In this document: positions 63,770-64,000 of the stretch, one piece after another
Position numbering within the stretch: position 1 is the first letter of the stretch
Layout of the letters: every line of letters begins with the position of its first letter
From: Deltaproteobacteria bacterium
Lineage (GTDB): Bacteria > Myxococcota_A > UBA9160 > SMWR01
NCBI GenBank assembly: GCA_032128115.1
Contig: JAQBHB010000002.1
Coordinates: 5,385-69,384, forward strand
DNA: 64,000 bases
Direction of reading: 5' to 3'
Notes under the pieces: generated by a model
What the model was told of the DNA's origin: nothing
Databases searched by the model: none
Seen by the model: the letters and a program-made list of their open reading frames with translations, nothing else
Made by a program: the position numbers and the translations under genes

Positions 63770-64000
63770 GCCCTCGCACTCTGGTGCTTGATTCCGAACC
63801 CAGGTCATCACTGTTTCCTCGAGTCGCGTCGGATAGGAGTAGCCGAGCCTGTCGCCCGTTTCTTCGGCCAGCGAGCGAAAGAGATCGAGCGCCTCGAGTC
63901 GTGCCTGCCAGATCTCGATGGGATCGTAGTGGGGAAACGTCGCTCCCAACCGCTCCATCACGATGGGAGGCGCCCACTCTTCAAGGAACCGTCCGCGTTC
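63743..64000 (-). CDS. Cassette ORF of unknown function, 5' end beyond the right edge
   Basis: The frame stays open to position 64000: ...ERGRFLEEWAPPIVMERLGATFPHYDPIEIWQARLEALDLFRSLAEETGDRLGYSYPTRLEETVMTWVRNQ.... The stop lies inside the attC at 63628-63769. Confidence 0.5.
   Translation of the reverse strand, partial: ERGRFLEEWAPPIVMERLGATFPHYDPIEIWQARLEALDLFRSLAEETGDRLGYSYPTRLEETVMTWVRNQAPECEGGRPTRACS

Larger units (their letters stand above)
60421..64000 (-). mobile_element. Integron-type gene cassette array (attC-bounded cassettes); integrase not in window
   Basis: Three complete imperfect-palindromic 134-142 bp sites plus one truncated copy. Their ends fit RYYYAAC / GTTRRRY. Each minus-strand ORF starts 12-19 nt after one site and stops inside or just before the next. 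GC is visibly lower (~57-62% in sampled lines). Confidence 0.75.

Overview
High-GC (roughly 65-73% in the lines I sampled), very compact bacterial chromosomal segment with about 60 protein-coding genes, many joined by 1-14 nt overlaps. I found no rRNA, tRNA or CRISPR array. All calls come from reading the ORF translations for family-specific motifs; no database search was possible.

Most of the window is housekeeping or central metabolism: class II ribonucleotide reductase (truncated at the left edge), GTP-PEPCK, NagZ, Aat, endonuclease III, CysE, TesB, myo-inositol-1-phosphate synthase, acyl-CoA dehydrogenase, thiolase/DUF35 and peptidases.

Three loci stand out.
1. 12651-24842, minus strand: a ten-gene, translationally coupled accessory type II fatty-acid-synthase-like operon. 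Gene order is FabL-like enoyl reductase, KAS III, FabA, FabZ, KAS I/II, ACP, PlsC-like acyltransferase, Sfp-type PPTase, a 1,867-aa single-chain BC-BCCP-CT acyl-CoA carboxylase and a TetR regulator. It has no ketoreductase and no malonyl transacylase. It is preceded by an AT-rich palindrome-bearing promoter island.
2. 50981-54842, minus strand: a lipoprotein RHS/YD-repeat protein. The region after its cleavage motif is a hydrophobic helix pair plus a C-terminal sorting-signal-like tail rather than a soluble toxin domain. A small 3-TM gene overlaps its stop codon.
3. 60421 to beyond 64000: an integron-type cassette array. It has three complete 134-142 bp attC-like sites and one truncated copy, promoterless minus-strand ORFs (SulP transporter, small TM protein, M23 peptidase, one partial ORF) and lower GC. 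No integrase is visible in the window.

Smaller observations: several 15-24 bp tandem or direct repeats sit immediately upstream of start codons. Two frameshifts are each a 1-nt shortfall in a homopolymer, which may be an assembly artefact. An in-frame TGA separates an enoyl-CoA hydratase from a GST-like ORF whose N-terminal fold lies upstream of any canonical start. There is a 264-nt convergent gene overlap.

A Myxococcota-like origin is only weakly suggested, by high GC and a MYXO/PEP-CTERM-like tail.
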